A stretch of 64,000 bases of DNA from Raillietiella orientalis (taxonomy: Eukaryota), in NCBI GenBank assembly GCA_036172245.1, contig JAYWIR010000147.1, forward strand, positions 1 to 64,000, in the 5' to 3' direction. The position numbers were made by a program, and so were the translations under genes. Shown one piece after another: positions 12,515 through 26,000 of the stretch (its first letter is position 1; every line of letters starts with the position of its first letter). The notes under the pieces were generated by a model. That model made no database searches. It was not told where the DNA came from and saw only the letters and a program-made list of their open reading frames with translations.

Positions 12515-14086
12515 ATGGCATCGGAGGTGGGTGACAGTGATCTCTGCTCGTGCAACTAGCGACTGATTTTTAGCAACGGACAACAGAGAATTCCATGCGA
12601 ATCGAGGCTCCTGCCGATTTCCCGCTTCTGTGCACATTGAAGAGAACCATCCGCAGCTTGTCTGTGCAGCACAGAAAGAGGCAAGCGGACATCGATGGAC
12701 TGCAGAGAAGCTCGAAGTTGCTGCACATATTATCCAGAAGAACGGTGAGAAAGCAGGAAGTCAGATCGGTATGTGGACTGCCGCCGGATGTGAGACGGAG
12801 GAGCGTTGCGGCGGCTGCTCTCACTCGTAAATAAGGATGTTCCAGGGGTTCGCAATAAAGGATGGAAGCCCCTCGGGGCATGGAACAAACCACAGAAAGA
12901 AGGCAGAGGATGCCCGCGCCACACCGAGGGAGGAGAACTGGAGGCAGCGAAGTCTGCGCATGATCGAGGACAACCTGGTGGAGGAAACGTGAATATATGG
13001 AGCTGAGAAGGTGGCGGTTGCGAGTTTCTGTCGTTGTTGTTCAGAAGTGCGGTCGTGGAAGAGTACGAGAGTAGCCTCCATGAGTTGCAAGAGAAGCGCT
13101 TGGCATGCGCGGGGAATCTCTCTCGAGTGCTCCAGGAGGAGATGGATCTGAACGTTGCCTACAGCGGCTTGCTGAAGAAGATCTCGGAAATCTCTAACGT
13201 TAAGGCGGAACAGTATGAGTTGTTTGCCCAAAGGGGAAGATTCTGGTAAGTCCGCTGCAGGCTGTCACTTGAATGGCTTTCAGCTTGTTGCAGGAACACA
13301 GGTTGTGGGAGAAAGAGTTGGCGGTCTGGATTTCCAGATTTCAAATGGCTGCCAGTTTAAGAATGGACACTTCGCTGTGGACGCATATGAGATTTATGCT
13401 CACATTGATCTCGCGCATTAAGGTTTCCACTGTGGGACACTTGAAACATAGTCTGTCAATCATTATTGATACTCAAAAGACATACAAGAATAAATTCACC
13501 CCATTTTTGGAAAAAGCATTAGCCGTGGATAAGATACAGCATCTCAGAACCATATGGCAAGCTATGGATGAAAATTCGCGGAGGTTAGCACGTCTTCTCC
13601 ATAACTTCTTCAACACATTCTTCACAGTAATATTTGGGGGATGCAATTGGCTACTGAGATCCAACTGTCGCAGAAAATTGTCGAAGAAAACAGAATTGCA
13701 TCCAGGAGGATGACTAGTTTGGAGAAAACGAATGAACAGGTGAGGGCAATCATGGCTGTTTTTCCAGATTTAAGTCGATGACATCTTTGCGTCCTTAGAG
13801 AGGCGACAGGAACGATAGCCTCCTGGAGGAACTGGAGCACTTGAGGAATGTCCTTTCTTCGACACTTGGGAGACGATGGCGGCTGAGCCGTTCCTTGGTC
13901 GGTCTGCACGAATACAACCAGCTCATGCTGAGAATGTTCCATGCCTTGAGTGCTTGCAGAACTCCAAGGTGGGTGTGCCTTCCGCCGCTGGTTCATGCGC
14001 TTACGGTCTCCGGCAGGATAAAGAGCTCGTCGCGGAAGTATGCTGGCATAACCGCTGATGCGGGAGCGCTGCGCGAGAAACTGTAG
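12515..14086 (+). CDS. Predicted spliced host gene, about 399 aa, helical/coiled-coil-like, function unknown
   Basis: Exons 12515-12526, 12574-12768, 12846-12988, 13045-13245, 13284-13626, 13674-13739, 13799-13968 and 14017-14086. Seven GT..AG introns of 38-77 nt join the track ORFs 12595, 13034, 13273 and 13841 into one frame. The termini are uncertain. Confidence 0.65.
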
Positions 14087-14379
14087 AGATTTGCCGGACG
14101 AGAAGCCGAGCACGAGAATGAGGTATCACGAGATGTTCGATCACTTCAGAACAGCTTTCCAAGGATACCTTCGGAGCAGCTCCTCCATCAATAAAGTGAA
14201 ATGACGGCTGAACCTTAAACCGAAAGGTGAATTGTTTTCTCGGACCAACTGGCCCAAGCTGCTCGGTGACAATTCATTCGCTATCGTGCCACCGAAATGG
14301 GAAATTCGAAGGGGAATCTGGCGTCTACGGTGTTGGTTGAATGCTGTGATCTCGAGTTTGACACGTTGATACTTGTTTC

Positions 14380-14716
14380 TCTCAGCTACCGGAAGGTTGT
14401 TTCTCTCAGAGCCGCTACCGGGAGGACCACGGCGCTCGCGGCCGGTGCTGCGGCTTCACCCGATTCAACTTCCTGGTCACAGTAGCGCGGAGCTGGGCAG
14501 AGTTGTCTGTTACGTTTCATATATTTTTGAATTGGCGCGGCGACGCGCGTACGGACGTCCAAGGATGGAATCCCGGTCGGTAGTCGGTGTCTTGGGAAAT
14601 TTCTGCCAAGAGACACCGACGATGTTCCACGCAATCACACTAACGCCAAGAAAAAGAAACTTCCAGAACGGGAAAGCTCGTAGCGCAGGAAAAACACGTC
14701 CTCGGCGGTTCGGCGT
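14380..14716 (-). mobile_element. Decayed LINE 5' end
   Basis: GGACGTGTTTTT 5' motif and a degenerate ORF1 start context (GGCAGAAAT..GACACCG). Confidence 0.5.
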
Positions 14717-15328
14717 TTTCACCTGGTGAATCCGGAACGTTTATTATAAACCTTCCGTACTTGCGATACAAGGTCCCGCCACGGAAAAAAGGGCGACGGA
14801 GCTGCCGTATGGTCGGTGCGGAGACTGACTTGACACTCCACATGAGCGGAGAGGGATGGGAAAAACAAAAATAAAAATAAAGGAAACTGAAAACACAAAA
14901 CCATAGTTCTTTGGACGGTCAGGAAGGGATCACTGTCAGCTGCGTGGAGTAACCATCCTTTGCAGGATGCCCACGAGGTATTTGTGCAGATTTCCCAAGT
15001 AAGGCCATCAGTGTGCTATTCGCAGTAAGCAAGCTGCATACTCCAAGACAACACTTCCGTTAACATCTTCTGCTTCGACGGATTTTACTCCAAGCCGCTA
15101 CAATAACGCGGATGCAGCTGAGCGCTGCTACCACGATGGCTGGCTACAGGGAGTCCCGCAAGAAGTAAAGCCAAGTAACGTCTCTGGGAGGGCTACCTTC
15201 CACGATCCCTATGGTAGTACTGCAACCTTTCCAAAGAGTGCGGAAGTCAACACAGTCCACTATGAAGTTCCGAAAGTATTCCCGTACCCTACACCTGGCA
15301 CAGTTTGGATTCAATCTTACTTGTGTGC
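14717..15328 (-). mobile_element. LINE 3' fragment (zf-RVT to 3' end)
   Basis: Similar to 34731-35339; 3' motif at 14717-14745. Confidence 0.8.
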
Positions 15329-17316
15329 TTCTAGTGAGTGGACATGGTTTGGCATCACTCTGCGATCTAGTTAGTGGGAAGCTTTTTGGTGGTTTTGTCT
15401 ATTGTGTGGAAGAGCCGGTGTCCCATGGCAGGAATGCCTGAGAAAACCGCGATGGAAATTGGGGAAGGAGAGGTGACCTGCTGTCCTCCACCCATAGAAG
15501 TGGGGGCATGCTCCCCCACGTAATCCAGGGTACATGCCTCATTGCAATCGAGGGCAACCGCACCTTCGCGTAACTCTTCGCCAGCGGCGAGGAGTTGGAG
15601 TACCCGTCGTTAGTGTACCATCCACGGTTGCAGGTGCGGAGCGAAATGCCTACAAGAACAGCGGTTACAAACCGTCTCTGTTCTGAAAGTTAGGCAGTGT
15701 ATTTGATGAGAAAATTGCGCGCTCCTTCTAAATAGAGCTGCCAAGGTTCAATGTGAGGAAGGAAGACCTTGAGGGCCTCTTCGTCCTCAGTGGGGGACAG
15801 GGAGTGCAACTAACCTGAAGGGAGGAAAGTCTGGCGCAGCGCCTAAGGAACACCTCCAATCGGTGGACAACCGCGGGATCTTCCATGTGATAAAGGACCG
15901 CTCCGTCGTGGTCTACCTCACAGGCTTGACACTTCGATTGGGCAAGACTGGAGTCCATGAGGAGTTGGCAAAACACGGTAATGTGCACGAGTATTGGGCC
16001 AAACTTGATGTCTTCCGAACGTACGGAAGGCTTTTCGGTGGGATGTCCGCTGCCCGTGTTACAATATTAAACAATGGTGCGCTTCCGCACAAACTAAACA
16101 TTGACGAAGAAAAAGTCGATGTTTGCTACGTTGAAAAGCCCAAGTAGTGTAGCGATTGCGATGCCACATGACTCTTGAAAAACCGATGCCTCAACATCGA
16201 ATGCCACTTATGCGGAAATAAAAGCCACATTTGTTAAGCGTTCCTTAGGAAAGGCATCCCGCTCTCACCTGATGCCAAAAAGGAAAAGAATAAACCGGGG
16301 GGAGAAGGCTATTCCTTGAAACAGGCAAAGGATGTCAAAAGACAGAAGCCAGTTTTTTAACACTCCTAGTAAACGTCAGTTGCGGAAACACTCTACGATG
16401 CTGGTAATTGCGCAGGCTGGCAGACGGTACAGCCTCCATAAAGACCGGTGAATCCCAAACGAAACGCGTAGAAAAAACCATGCTGCCAAAAACTCGGCGT
16501 GTGTTCGGTGACTTTAGAGCGTGTGGGGGTACTCGATGCCGCCACCGGGAGAGGTTTTTCCTACTTCGCGTTTGCCAAAGCCGCGACGGACAATGCCGAA
16601 CCCTGTATTTGTACAGAGAAAGAACCGCGTTACGCGCTCGACGCGATCGAGGAGGCCGCTTTCCAAAAAACGGTGGAAGAACTCGCGGCTGAGCTGCAAA
16701 GCCGTGATAAGAAATTGCAGAAATCTTAACGAAGGCCGGCTGCGAGGAAGACTACGAAGGTACGTGAGGCCGATCCGGATGCCTTAAGGGCGTCTTCCGC
16801 GGAAGCGCCACCAAAGCAGACGACACGCAATTTCCAGAATCCCAGGAGGCGCATCCGGACCAACAAGGAGAGGGATGAACCGACACCCAAGGAGAAAGCC
16901 GGCAGCGTGATAGAGGAGGTAGAAAATCTCTCAATCTCCGACACCGTGCAGCTGGAGACCCCCATGGAGAAAGGAGAGCAGGTGAGCGAATACCTTCTTC
17001 CTCTGCATGGCCCTACAGACGATTCGGGACCAATGGAAGAGGGGTAAGTGGTGGACGACAAACCCCCTTCTTCTAGCGTCTTGCCCGACCAGGTGGTGGG
17101 AGTCCCATTGCCACTTTCCTAAAACTAGCAACAGTGCTCGCCTGTCGCTGTATGATCCGCGAAACCTGCTGGTTCTTCAACGGGCTGAGTGACGACAGCA
17201 ACAGGTGAGATACGACCAAAACTCTGCGTTAATTCGACGTGGCGCACCTGCAGGAGATCAGAGTGATGACTGCGGAAAACGTCCTGGAGATCACGAAAAT
17301 CTCAGAGGGTCGTATG
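15329..17316 (+). mobile_element. LINE family A, 5' part, heavily decayed ORF1 and start of the endonuclease
   Basis: TTCTAG.. 5' end shared with 35340 and 38410; ORF 15863..16147 is homologous to ORF1. Confidence 0.8.
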
Positions 17317-19394
17317 TTTGTCTCTTGGCTGCGACGGTGCGTTTATTACTAAACTATCCGGGAACAGAGTTCCCGAACAAAGGTCACAGAAGAGACGAAC
17401 TAAGTGAGGTCCCCAAAGCGCAGATCGGCATGACGAAAGTCCGGAAAGGGAAGGATGGGACCACAAATACACTTATAAAAAAATAAAAACAAAGATACGG
17501 GAGGGTAGTGTTTGGTAAGGCCGTTCGTTCTTTCCAGTACCGGCGATGGATGCCGGCGATCTTTCTCCTAAAGGATTCTGGAAGATCGGCCCACTCGGCA
17601 ACGGACGACATGTTCGCGCTAACTGAACCGCTGAGCTGATTAAGGATTGCCAGCTTCTGCAAATTTCGGTGGGCGTTGTCGATGGCACGGATGCAACAGA
17701 GCGTTGCAATGAATGCACATAACGACAGGCCGCCTGGCGTAATAAAGCGGCGCTTCAAGTCTTTTGCGGTGTCCAGCTGGTGCAGGATATTTAAGACCAG
17801 CCTCCGCCACAGTTCTTTAAGGACACCGTAGTCCAAGAGCAAATGGGGGAGCGTTTCCACTTCCCCGCACCGCTTAAAGATCAGGGAGACAACTCCGTAG
17901 GAAACACGTTTCGCCCGCTGGTTGGAGTGGAAACCCTAATGCAATAACAAGATGACGTGCTGTTTTCAGTTCACAGAAAACACAGAAATGTTCAGACACC
18001 AGGAAAGGACAACAAGTTCTTCGGGGAGCACACTCAAGTATTCACACCACCAAAGGATCATCTTCGAGATGTTACGAGGCGTGGCGGCATCTACCAGCTC
18101 ACTAGACTCCCAGACGCCTATGGGTAGTGTTGCTTCTGCAATGGTGCAGGCAAACTTTTACCTCATCGCTTGGCGAATGTCATCTCTTGTCCTCATGGCT
18201 CAGAGAGAGTCCGTGAGAGGCGTGACGGCCAGGCGAGTCCACTTCTCCTGGCTGTTGCACACCTCATCCACCGTGCAGTACATGAAGAGGTGAGCGCAAC
18301 GGAGTTCCAGAAGGGAAACATCCTGGTGCATTGCCCATCCATGCAACGTTTTCTGCAGCCATGCTTCAAAGTTTGTTGGGCAGCAGAAGATCCATTCCTT
18401 GGCTACCAGGAGCTGGTAGAGCGCTTTCATCCGGAAACCGAAGCTACTCGTGTCGAGCTCCGTATGCAACCCGAGCGACAGAAGTCCATCGCTGCCGTTG
18501 CAAAGCAGCAGCAGCAGGCGCGCGGGAGCGCGCCACGTAGTGGACCAAAGGTTGACACACAGGGCCAACATCCGAAGCTGCACCTGAAGCTCGATTCCCT
18601 CCTGCGCCATTATGCCTAAGCCTGCATCCCGACGCGGAGCCGCCAAGTCTTTGAGGCGGTTCGTGGACCCCGCAGGTCCCCACAGAGCGTTCTTCAACAG
18701 GCTGTGCGCCCGGAGTATAGCCCAGAAGGGAAGCGAACAAACAAAAACAGGGAGCGCAAGAGGGGGTCAACGATGGTGTTCTATATCGCGGACCTCCGAG
18801 AGGAGGAACTTGGCATGGTGGAACGGGCTCGGAGTGCTCGTAGGCTTCCGAAGGCAGTTTGAACACACTTCCACTGCGCTGATGTTCCTCAGAGGAATGC
18901 AGAGATATTAAGAGGACGGAGCGGTAGGGATCCCCAGGCGGATCCAGTCGGACTGCCTCGCCCACGCCGCACCAATAGAAACAACCCCGCCCTTCCTTCG
19001 GTATACGCTCATGCCCGCTTCACGGCGAATCACCTCGAAAAAAGTTTCGAGAATGGACGCCGGGGTGGTCGTGGGTAATAAAAGAAGCAGATAGTCGGCA
19101 TAGGCCGCCACGGAAGGCGTTCATGGACAAAAACACGGCAAGCTGGCCAGCGTCAGCAGGTACTCCATCAGAAAAAACTCAAAGAAGATGCTGAAGAGCA
19201 ACGGAATTGAGTCTTCTCTTTGCCTAATGCCTCGCCGCAATAGAACGCCGCACACGTGCCAGCCGCGAAAGGAGGTAGAAAAGACCGCGTGGCGCCAGCA
19301 AGCGTGCAAACAGGCCAAGAGGTGTACAAGAAGGCCGAGGCGTTCCAGGAGCTTCAGGAGGATACCCTCATTCACGCAGTCGTACGCCTTATGC
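17317..19394 (-). mobile_element. LINE family B, 3' part (RT KAFD to 3' end)
   Basis: ORFs 19121..19375, 18908..19111 (AYADY), 18200..18697 and 17384..17860. The 3' UTR matches those at 23076 and 49542. Confidence 0.85.
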
Positions 19395-20780
19395 GCTGGA
19401 GGGTAAACGTGTTTTCTCGGTGCTCCTCGTGCCAGGAAGTCTCCCGTAGTGCAACCGTGGTGTGGTTCGGTGGTCGATCAGGCAACGTTGCCTGACGTGA
19501 CCACCAGGGATGTCCAGGAGGCAGCGGCAACGCCGCCCCCACTGGCGATGGAGAACCAGGGGTCGGCGGCGACGTCGCCCCCAGAGGCGATCGAGGTATG
19601 GGCGTCCGCCCCACAGAATCCGTCCCCGCTTCAGCGAGCGCGTGGAGCGCCGTTGTGTCAGCGCCATCGCCTGCAGCCGCGGCGGAATGGTCGGCCTACG
19701 TAGAAGAAGTGTATAAACCTTCGATTTTCTACAAGGTAGGCAATCCTTATTCTTTAGAGAGCGCGCGCGCATTTCCGAAGGGCATGCGCGCTTTCCATGT
19801 AAAAGAGGAACTCAGCGCTATGACCATCCAAAGCGGGGGTCAGTACGTTGAGGTCATCAGCAAACAAGCCGAGCTGGCCCAACGACTGCTCAAAACCCCA
19901 GTTGTTATGGGGATGCGCAGGCTTTCCCCCTCTACGGCGGACCGCAGCATGTTGGACCACCTGTTAGACGTGACCGCGCGAATGCGCAAAGAACAGGTTC
20001 CAGCCGCTTTAGAACAGTTTGGAACGGTCCACGCGCTGTGGAAGAAAGTTAGTCCTTTCAAGGACTACACGGGGCTGCAACACGGCCTCAAAGCTGCAGG
20101 CGTGACCGTTCGGGAGGGCTGCACTCTTCCCCACAATCTGATGGTCCATGGCGAAACCGTCGACCTATGGTATGTGGGGAAGTCGACATACAGCTGCTTC
20201 TACAATACGTGGGGCCACCTTAAAAAGAGGTCTCCCAATGGGCAGTGCCAAGTATGCGGCTCAATGCGTCACAGGAGGGAGATGTGCCCAAAAGCAGCAG
20301 TGCGAGTGGTTTCGAAGAGAAACCTTAAAAAACGCGCTCGGCTGCTGCAGAAAAGGCTGACGGTGGAAGCTGCAGCGAAGGCTGTGCCACTCGCGCTTTA
20401 GACCCAGGCCGCACCCGAGACCCCAGCCAACAACGCCAAAAAAATTGAGAAAAACGGCCAGAAGCATGGGGGCAAGTAAAAAATCAAAGAAGAACAGGAG
20501 GTTTGAGAAAAATATCGCCTACTAACACAACAAGAAAGAGCAGGGTAGCGCGATAATTAACGAGTGCAGCGTCGTCGTCGGATGCGTTCCTGATGCTGCT
20601 GAACGCTGCCAGAAAGATCTCGCCGATACCGTGGACATCCCCTCTGTTGACTCTGTCAACAGCGAGGGGCGCGAGCCGGCGGCGGAGTCCGTCATCAACC
20701 CCACCATCGATGACGTAGCCTTCGCGCGAGCAGCGAAGGAGCTGGCTGCATCGTTTCAGCCAGACCCCTCCAAGGCCAGT
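19395..20780 (+). mobile_element. LINE family D, 5' part with disrupted ORF1
   Basis: ORF 19598..20401 is homologous to 40453-41430. Confidence 0.85.
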
Positions 20781-21812
20781 TGGAGGACGTATTTTTCCTT
20801 CACTCCTCAAAGGGTAGTAGGAAAGCGCATTCTTGTGTGTGGTGTTTTGTGTACATCGTCGGTGTTCAATGGCCACGACTCCAGAGGACACCGCGATGGA
20901 GGTGGGAGTGGGGGAGGCTAGTTCGCCCTCACAGCTTACTGGGGCAGGGGCAGCCGCCTCGGAATCATCCCCGGCCACGCCGAGGACATGGAGCGTCATG
21001 GTGGCCGCGCCCAGCGCAGAAGCCATGGCGGAGATGGCCGCATACAAGGCCTCCGGGTACAAGCCATCGCTTGTCTACCAGGTAGGCAACTTGTTCGACG
21101 GCCAGACAGCGCGCGCCTTCAGCAAAGCGTTGAAGGACGCGAATGTCACTGAGAAGGATCTGGACGGCCTCTCCGTCCTCAGCGGCGGGCAGCGGGTCGA
21201 GGTGGTTTGCAAAGATGTCACCTTGGCTCACCGCCTAATCCATGCGCCGCTGAACGTAGACAGCCGCAAGATCCTGCCAGTATCAATGGACCGCTCCGTG
21301 GTGGTCCACATGACTGGCATCACCAGCCGCATGACGCGGTCAGCGGTTGGTGAAGAACTGCGAAAGTACGGTGAGGTGCACGCACTGTGGCCGAAACCCT
21401 CCATTTTCGACGGCTTCGATAGCCTTTTTGGTGGGCAGGCTGCAGCGTGGGTCACCGTAAGGGAGAATTGTGGGCTTCTTCACAAACTACAGGTGGCGCA
21501 AGAAAACGTCGACCTGTGGTATGTAGGGAAGCCCCTGTATTGCTGGCATTGTCATACCGTGGGACACCTACGTAAAAGGTGTCCCAATATACAATGCCAC
21601 CAGCGAGGAGGAGAAGACGTAAGCCGTCGCAAGCGTGGCAAGTTCGGAGGAGGAATTCCCACGCTCGGAAGTTGTCGAACCGGCCACCCCCATGGAGGAT
21701 GGTGAACAGGGGGGTTAAGTGCCTCCTGCAGGCGCCGACCCTGAACAGCCCGCATCCATGGAGGAGGGCGAACAGGCGACCCCACCTGTGGGTGACCCGC
21801 ATGACCCGCCGG
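20781..21812 (+). mobile_element. LINE family G, 5' part; ORF1 (ATG 20869) internally deleted near 21600
   Basis: ORF 20833..21705 contains CWHCHTVGHLRKRC; homologous to 49731-51422. Confidence 0.8.
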
Positions 21813-23035
21813 GTTGGAGCTGCAATTCTTCGTCCTGAGTGGATCTTCTTGCTCACCTACCTTTCCTATTGAGTTTCTTCGTATATTTGCCGGTTCCTGG
21901 CTTGGAGAGGTGTTTCCCAGTACGGCAGCGAGGGCGGGCACGGCACGCGTCGAGACCTCCTGCCCCCTGTTAATTGGCTTTTCCTTTGCGATTTCTCCCT
22001 TTTGGGGCGTTGCGGGCGGGGAAGCCTTTTGTATAGCCATGTATTGCTTGGCTCTTTTGCCAAGACTGCTGGGACACTGTTTTTTCTCAAGGGCAGCGGC
22101 CTTTCGTGCGTTGGTCTCTGGAATGCAAAGAGCTTCCGCTGCGGCCCTTTTCTCTGCAAGGACCGAGCAATTTTTTATTTCGAGCCCGGTTTCTTTGCTG
22201 TAGCGGTATTTCGGGGTAGGACATGCGTTTATTCCTTGTCCCTCCTTGCTGCACTGCTCGCACGCGCGAGTTTGTCCTATAAACCACATGTAAACGACCG
22301 CGCCGTTCAAGTGCATCTGCTCGGGCAGAACACGCCTGTTCGCGACGGTGATCCGTGGGAGGATTGTCTAATGTGGACAGAGGGGAAATCCTTTAGAGTA
22401 TTTTGCCTTCTCTATAGAGCGTGCATGGTGGCGAACTTCGCCAGCACACTTACGACATCGCGCTTGGAGATTTCCGGCTCGATTTCGCACAGATGGACGA
22501 CAAACGAGTCGTTTATGACGGAAGGGAGGACTTCGTTGCCACCGATGGACAACGGAGTACGGAGAAGACGCTGCACAAGAGCCGCGTTTTTGTACTGTAT
22601 CTTTGTGCATTCCGTCCTGCCCGCAGGCATGATGGCAAGGAGCTCCTCCTTCCGAACGCCCATCCGGACGAGCTCATCGTTGAGCTCACGCCTGGTCCTC
22701 CCGTTAAGGGGCCCACTGACCTTATAACGGAGTGCGGGCATGTAGCCGGATGCCACATAAGCCTGCAACTCCGCATCGCATGGTCCCGCTTACTAGGAGG
22801 TGACGGGGGCGTAGCTCCTCACCGAAGGCCAGGAAACCGTCACGGAGGATGCGGCCGCATCCATTCGAATTCAAATGGATTCAACGGCTGTTTCCACAAC
22901 ATCATTCTCAGAAGTGGCCATGCTGCACAACGCTGCTTCGTTTACTTCCAAGAAACACACAAGGGCGAGCGGTACCGCACGCACAAAGATGCTCGATCGG
23001 GGACGCGGAAAGACGCAAAAACACGTCGGCACTGT
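21813..23035 (-). mobile_element. LINE family C, 5' part with disrupted ORF1
   Basis: ORFs 22412..22768 and 21552..22316 are homologous to 53718-54959. Confidence 0.8.
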
Positions 23036-23075
23036 GCGAGCGCAAGAGATCGAAACGATCGCGGGGGGACGGTTG

Positions 23076-26000
23076 TTTCTCACCCGGGTGCGCCGAAGCG
23101 TTTATTGTAAACTATCCGGGAACTGGGTTCCTTGACAAAGGAGAAAACAAGAGACGAAGGGGCTGGGATCCACGACACGCAGTTCGGTATGCCGAAAGTC
23201 CGGAACGGGAGGGAAGGGACCACAAATACACTACTATAAAAAAATAAAAAGATGGAGGGCAAGAGACAGGGGTCTTTGGTGAGTCCGTTCCTTCTTTCAA
23301 AACCGGCGATGGATGCCGGCGATCTCTCTCCTTACGCCCTGTGGCAGATGGGCCCACTCGGCAGCCTACAACATGTTTGTGGTGGCTAATGCCGTGGGCT
23401 GACGAACGATGGCCAGCTTCTCCAGCTCTCTCTGGGCCTTTACGATGGCGCGGGTGCAACACATGGTTGCAACGACAGCACCCAAGACAGGCTGCCTGGC
23501 GAGAAGAAGCGGCGCATCAAGTCCCTCGCCGTGTCCCCCTGGTGCAGGAGAGCTCATGCCAGCCCCCGCCAAAGTCGAAGAAGGGCACCGCAGTCTAGGA
23601 GCAGGTAAGCGAGCGTTTCCACTTCCTCGCACCGCTTACAGTTTGGGGAGAGAACTCCCCCGGAAACACGGTTCGTCCTCTGGTTGGAGTGAAAACCCCA
23701 ATGCACCAGCATAATCACGTCCTGCTTCCACGAAAGGGGGAACACAGAAGTGTTCAAACACGAGGGAAGGACCACAAGTTCTTCGGGGGGCACACTCAAG
23801 TGTTCGCTCCACCGAAGGAGTCCCTTCGGTATGTGGCGAGGCGTGGCGGTATCTGCCTGCTCGCAAGTCCTCCAGCCGCCAATAGGTCGTGTTGTTCCTG
23901 CAGTGGTGCAGGCGACCTCTCATCTCGCCGGTTCGCGGCTGTCATCTCTTGCCCTGAGGGCTGACAGTGCGTCGGCGAGCGGCTTGACGGCCAGGCGGGA
24001 CCACTTCTTTTGGCTGTTGCACACCTCGTCCACCGTGCAATACGGGGACAGGTGAGCGCAACGAAGTTCCAGGAGGAAAACATCCTGATGCTTTGCCCAG
24101 CCATGCAACGGTTCCTGCTGCCAGGCTTGAAAGTTCGTTGGGCGGCAGGACATCCATTCCTGGGCTTCCAGGAGCCGGTACAGCGGTTTCAGGGGGAAAC
24201 CGAAGCTTCTCGTGGCGCGCTCCGTGTGCGGACGCAGCGACGGAAGTCCATCGCTGCCTGTGCAGCGCCGCAGACGCAGGCGCGTGGGAGCGCACCACGG
24301 AGTGGACCAAAGGTTGGCGCACAGGGCCAACATTCGAAGCTGCACCTGCATCTCGATTCTCTCGAGCGTCAGGATGCCTAAGCCAGCATGCCAACGCGGA
24401 GCCGCCAAGTCTTTGAGGCGTGTCCTGGACCTCGCAGGTCCCCACAGAGCGTTCATCAACAGGCTGTGCGCCTGTTGCTTCGCCAAGTAGGGAAGCGGGC
24501 AAACAAAAAGCAGGAGGCACAAGAGGGGGGCAACGAAGGTGTTCCATATCGTAGCGAAGCGTGGAACAGGTTCGCCTCCATGCTTAGCCCGGGAACAGCA
24601 TATGTATGTTCTGGGCTGATCAAGATGTTGTCAACCCGTCTTAGAGGTTCTGCACACTTGGAGAGGAACTTGCCGTCTGCATTCACTATTGTGATAAGAC
24701 GCAAGTCTTTCATGCTCCTGAGGTCTCCTCCCTTCGGAAGGAGCCGCACCCTTGCTGAACGAAACGAGGTGGGAACGTCACCTGTCTCGCGAATCACCAA
24801 GGGGAGCTGATGTACCAGGGGGGCAAGCTCTGCCGCGAAAGTTTGATGAAACTTCGCGGGCAGGCCGTCCTCCCCTGGATCCTTCCGTCTTTTGAGCTTT
24901 CCGATGGCCTAGATAATCTCGTCCATCGTGAGAGGCTCGTCGAGGTTCTTTTTCTCCTCCTCCTTGATTGCTGGAGCACCTTCCGGAAGAAAAAGTCGTG
25001 AGACGTTCCGCTCCGGAGGCGCCCTGGCGTATAGAGCGGAGTAAAATTTACAAATAATTCCGCGCTTCTGAGCAGGAGCCTAGTGCTTTCGGCCCTGGTT
25101 GTCCAGCAAGCTGGCAGAACCGGATTGCCAGGCATGCCTCTCCGCTTCCGCTCCATACTCTGCTAACTTGCGGATGTCGGGGGTTCTCGCGTGACGTCGG
25201 GCCTGAAAATAGCACCTTTCATTACGCGGTCTTTCCCTAAATGCCGCAGGTAAGCGATGCAAAGGGAACCGGTCGCAGAACTCCAGGACCGACCGCTTGA
25301 AGCGGTCCCAATCCTGAAGCGTACGCATCCTGAAGTTCCGTATGAACGCGCGGAGATCTTCCGCCGCGTCCGGGAGCTTCAGCCAGTCCCCTGGCCGACG
25401 GCACGCTGACGAGGGGGTCGCTTGTCGCGCGGATGCACTTCGAACACGATTCGGCCATGGTCCGACAGCTCCGATGGTACCTTGCCGCGCCTGCCCACAC
25501 GAGAGCATAGGTGCTGGTCAAGGTGCACGTGATCGATGCTGCGTTCCGTGTCCGTATCTCCGGCCAGCAAGTTGCACGTGTGCATTTGTGCGCACAACTC
25601 GTTGACGCGGTCTTTCAGTGTATCCGGCGCACCTGAAAGGAAGCGCAGGTTGAAGTCACCTGCGTTCAGGTGTGCTTTGCGAACACCTGCTTCAATCATC
25701 CATTCGGGTTCAAGGGCAAGTTAGAATTTCCTTTTTGCCTTTGCCCTCAACAAGTCGTTCCCGCTAGGAGCGTACAGGTTGGTGACGACCAGGTCGATTG
25801 ATTCGGACCAGCTGAGAGTCAGCTGACCGACGCGACCGGCGTCATCAAACCGTAAGACCTTTATTGCGGCCTCGATGTCTGTCCGGAGTAGGAAGGCGAC
25901 ACCGCTTGATTGCGCGGTTCCGCAGCGCCACAGCAGCCGTCCACCCGAGATCCGCTCGATCTCTCGGTCCTGATCTGCAAAGATCACGTGGTTCTCCTGC

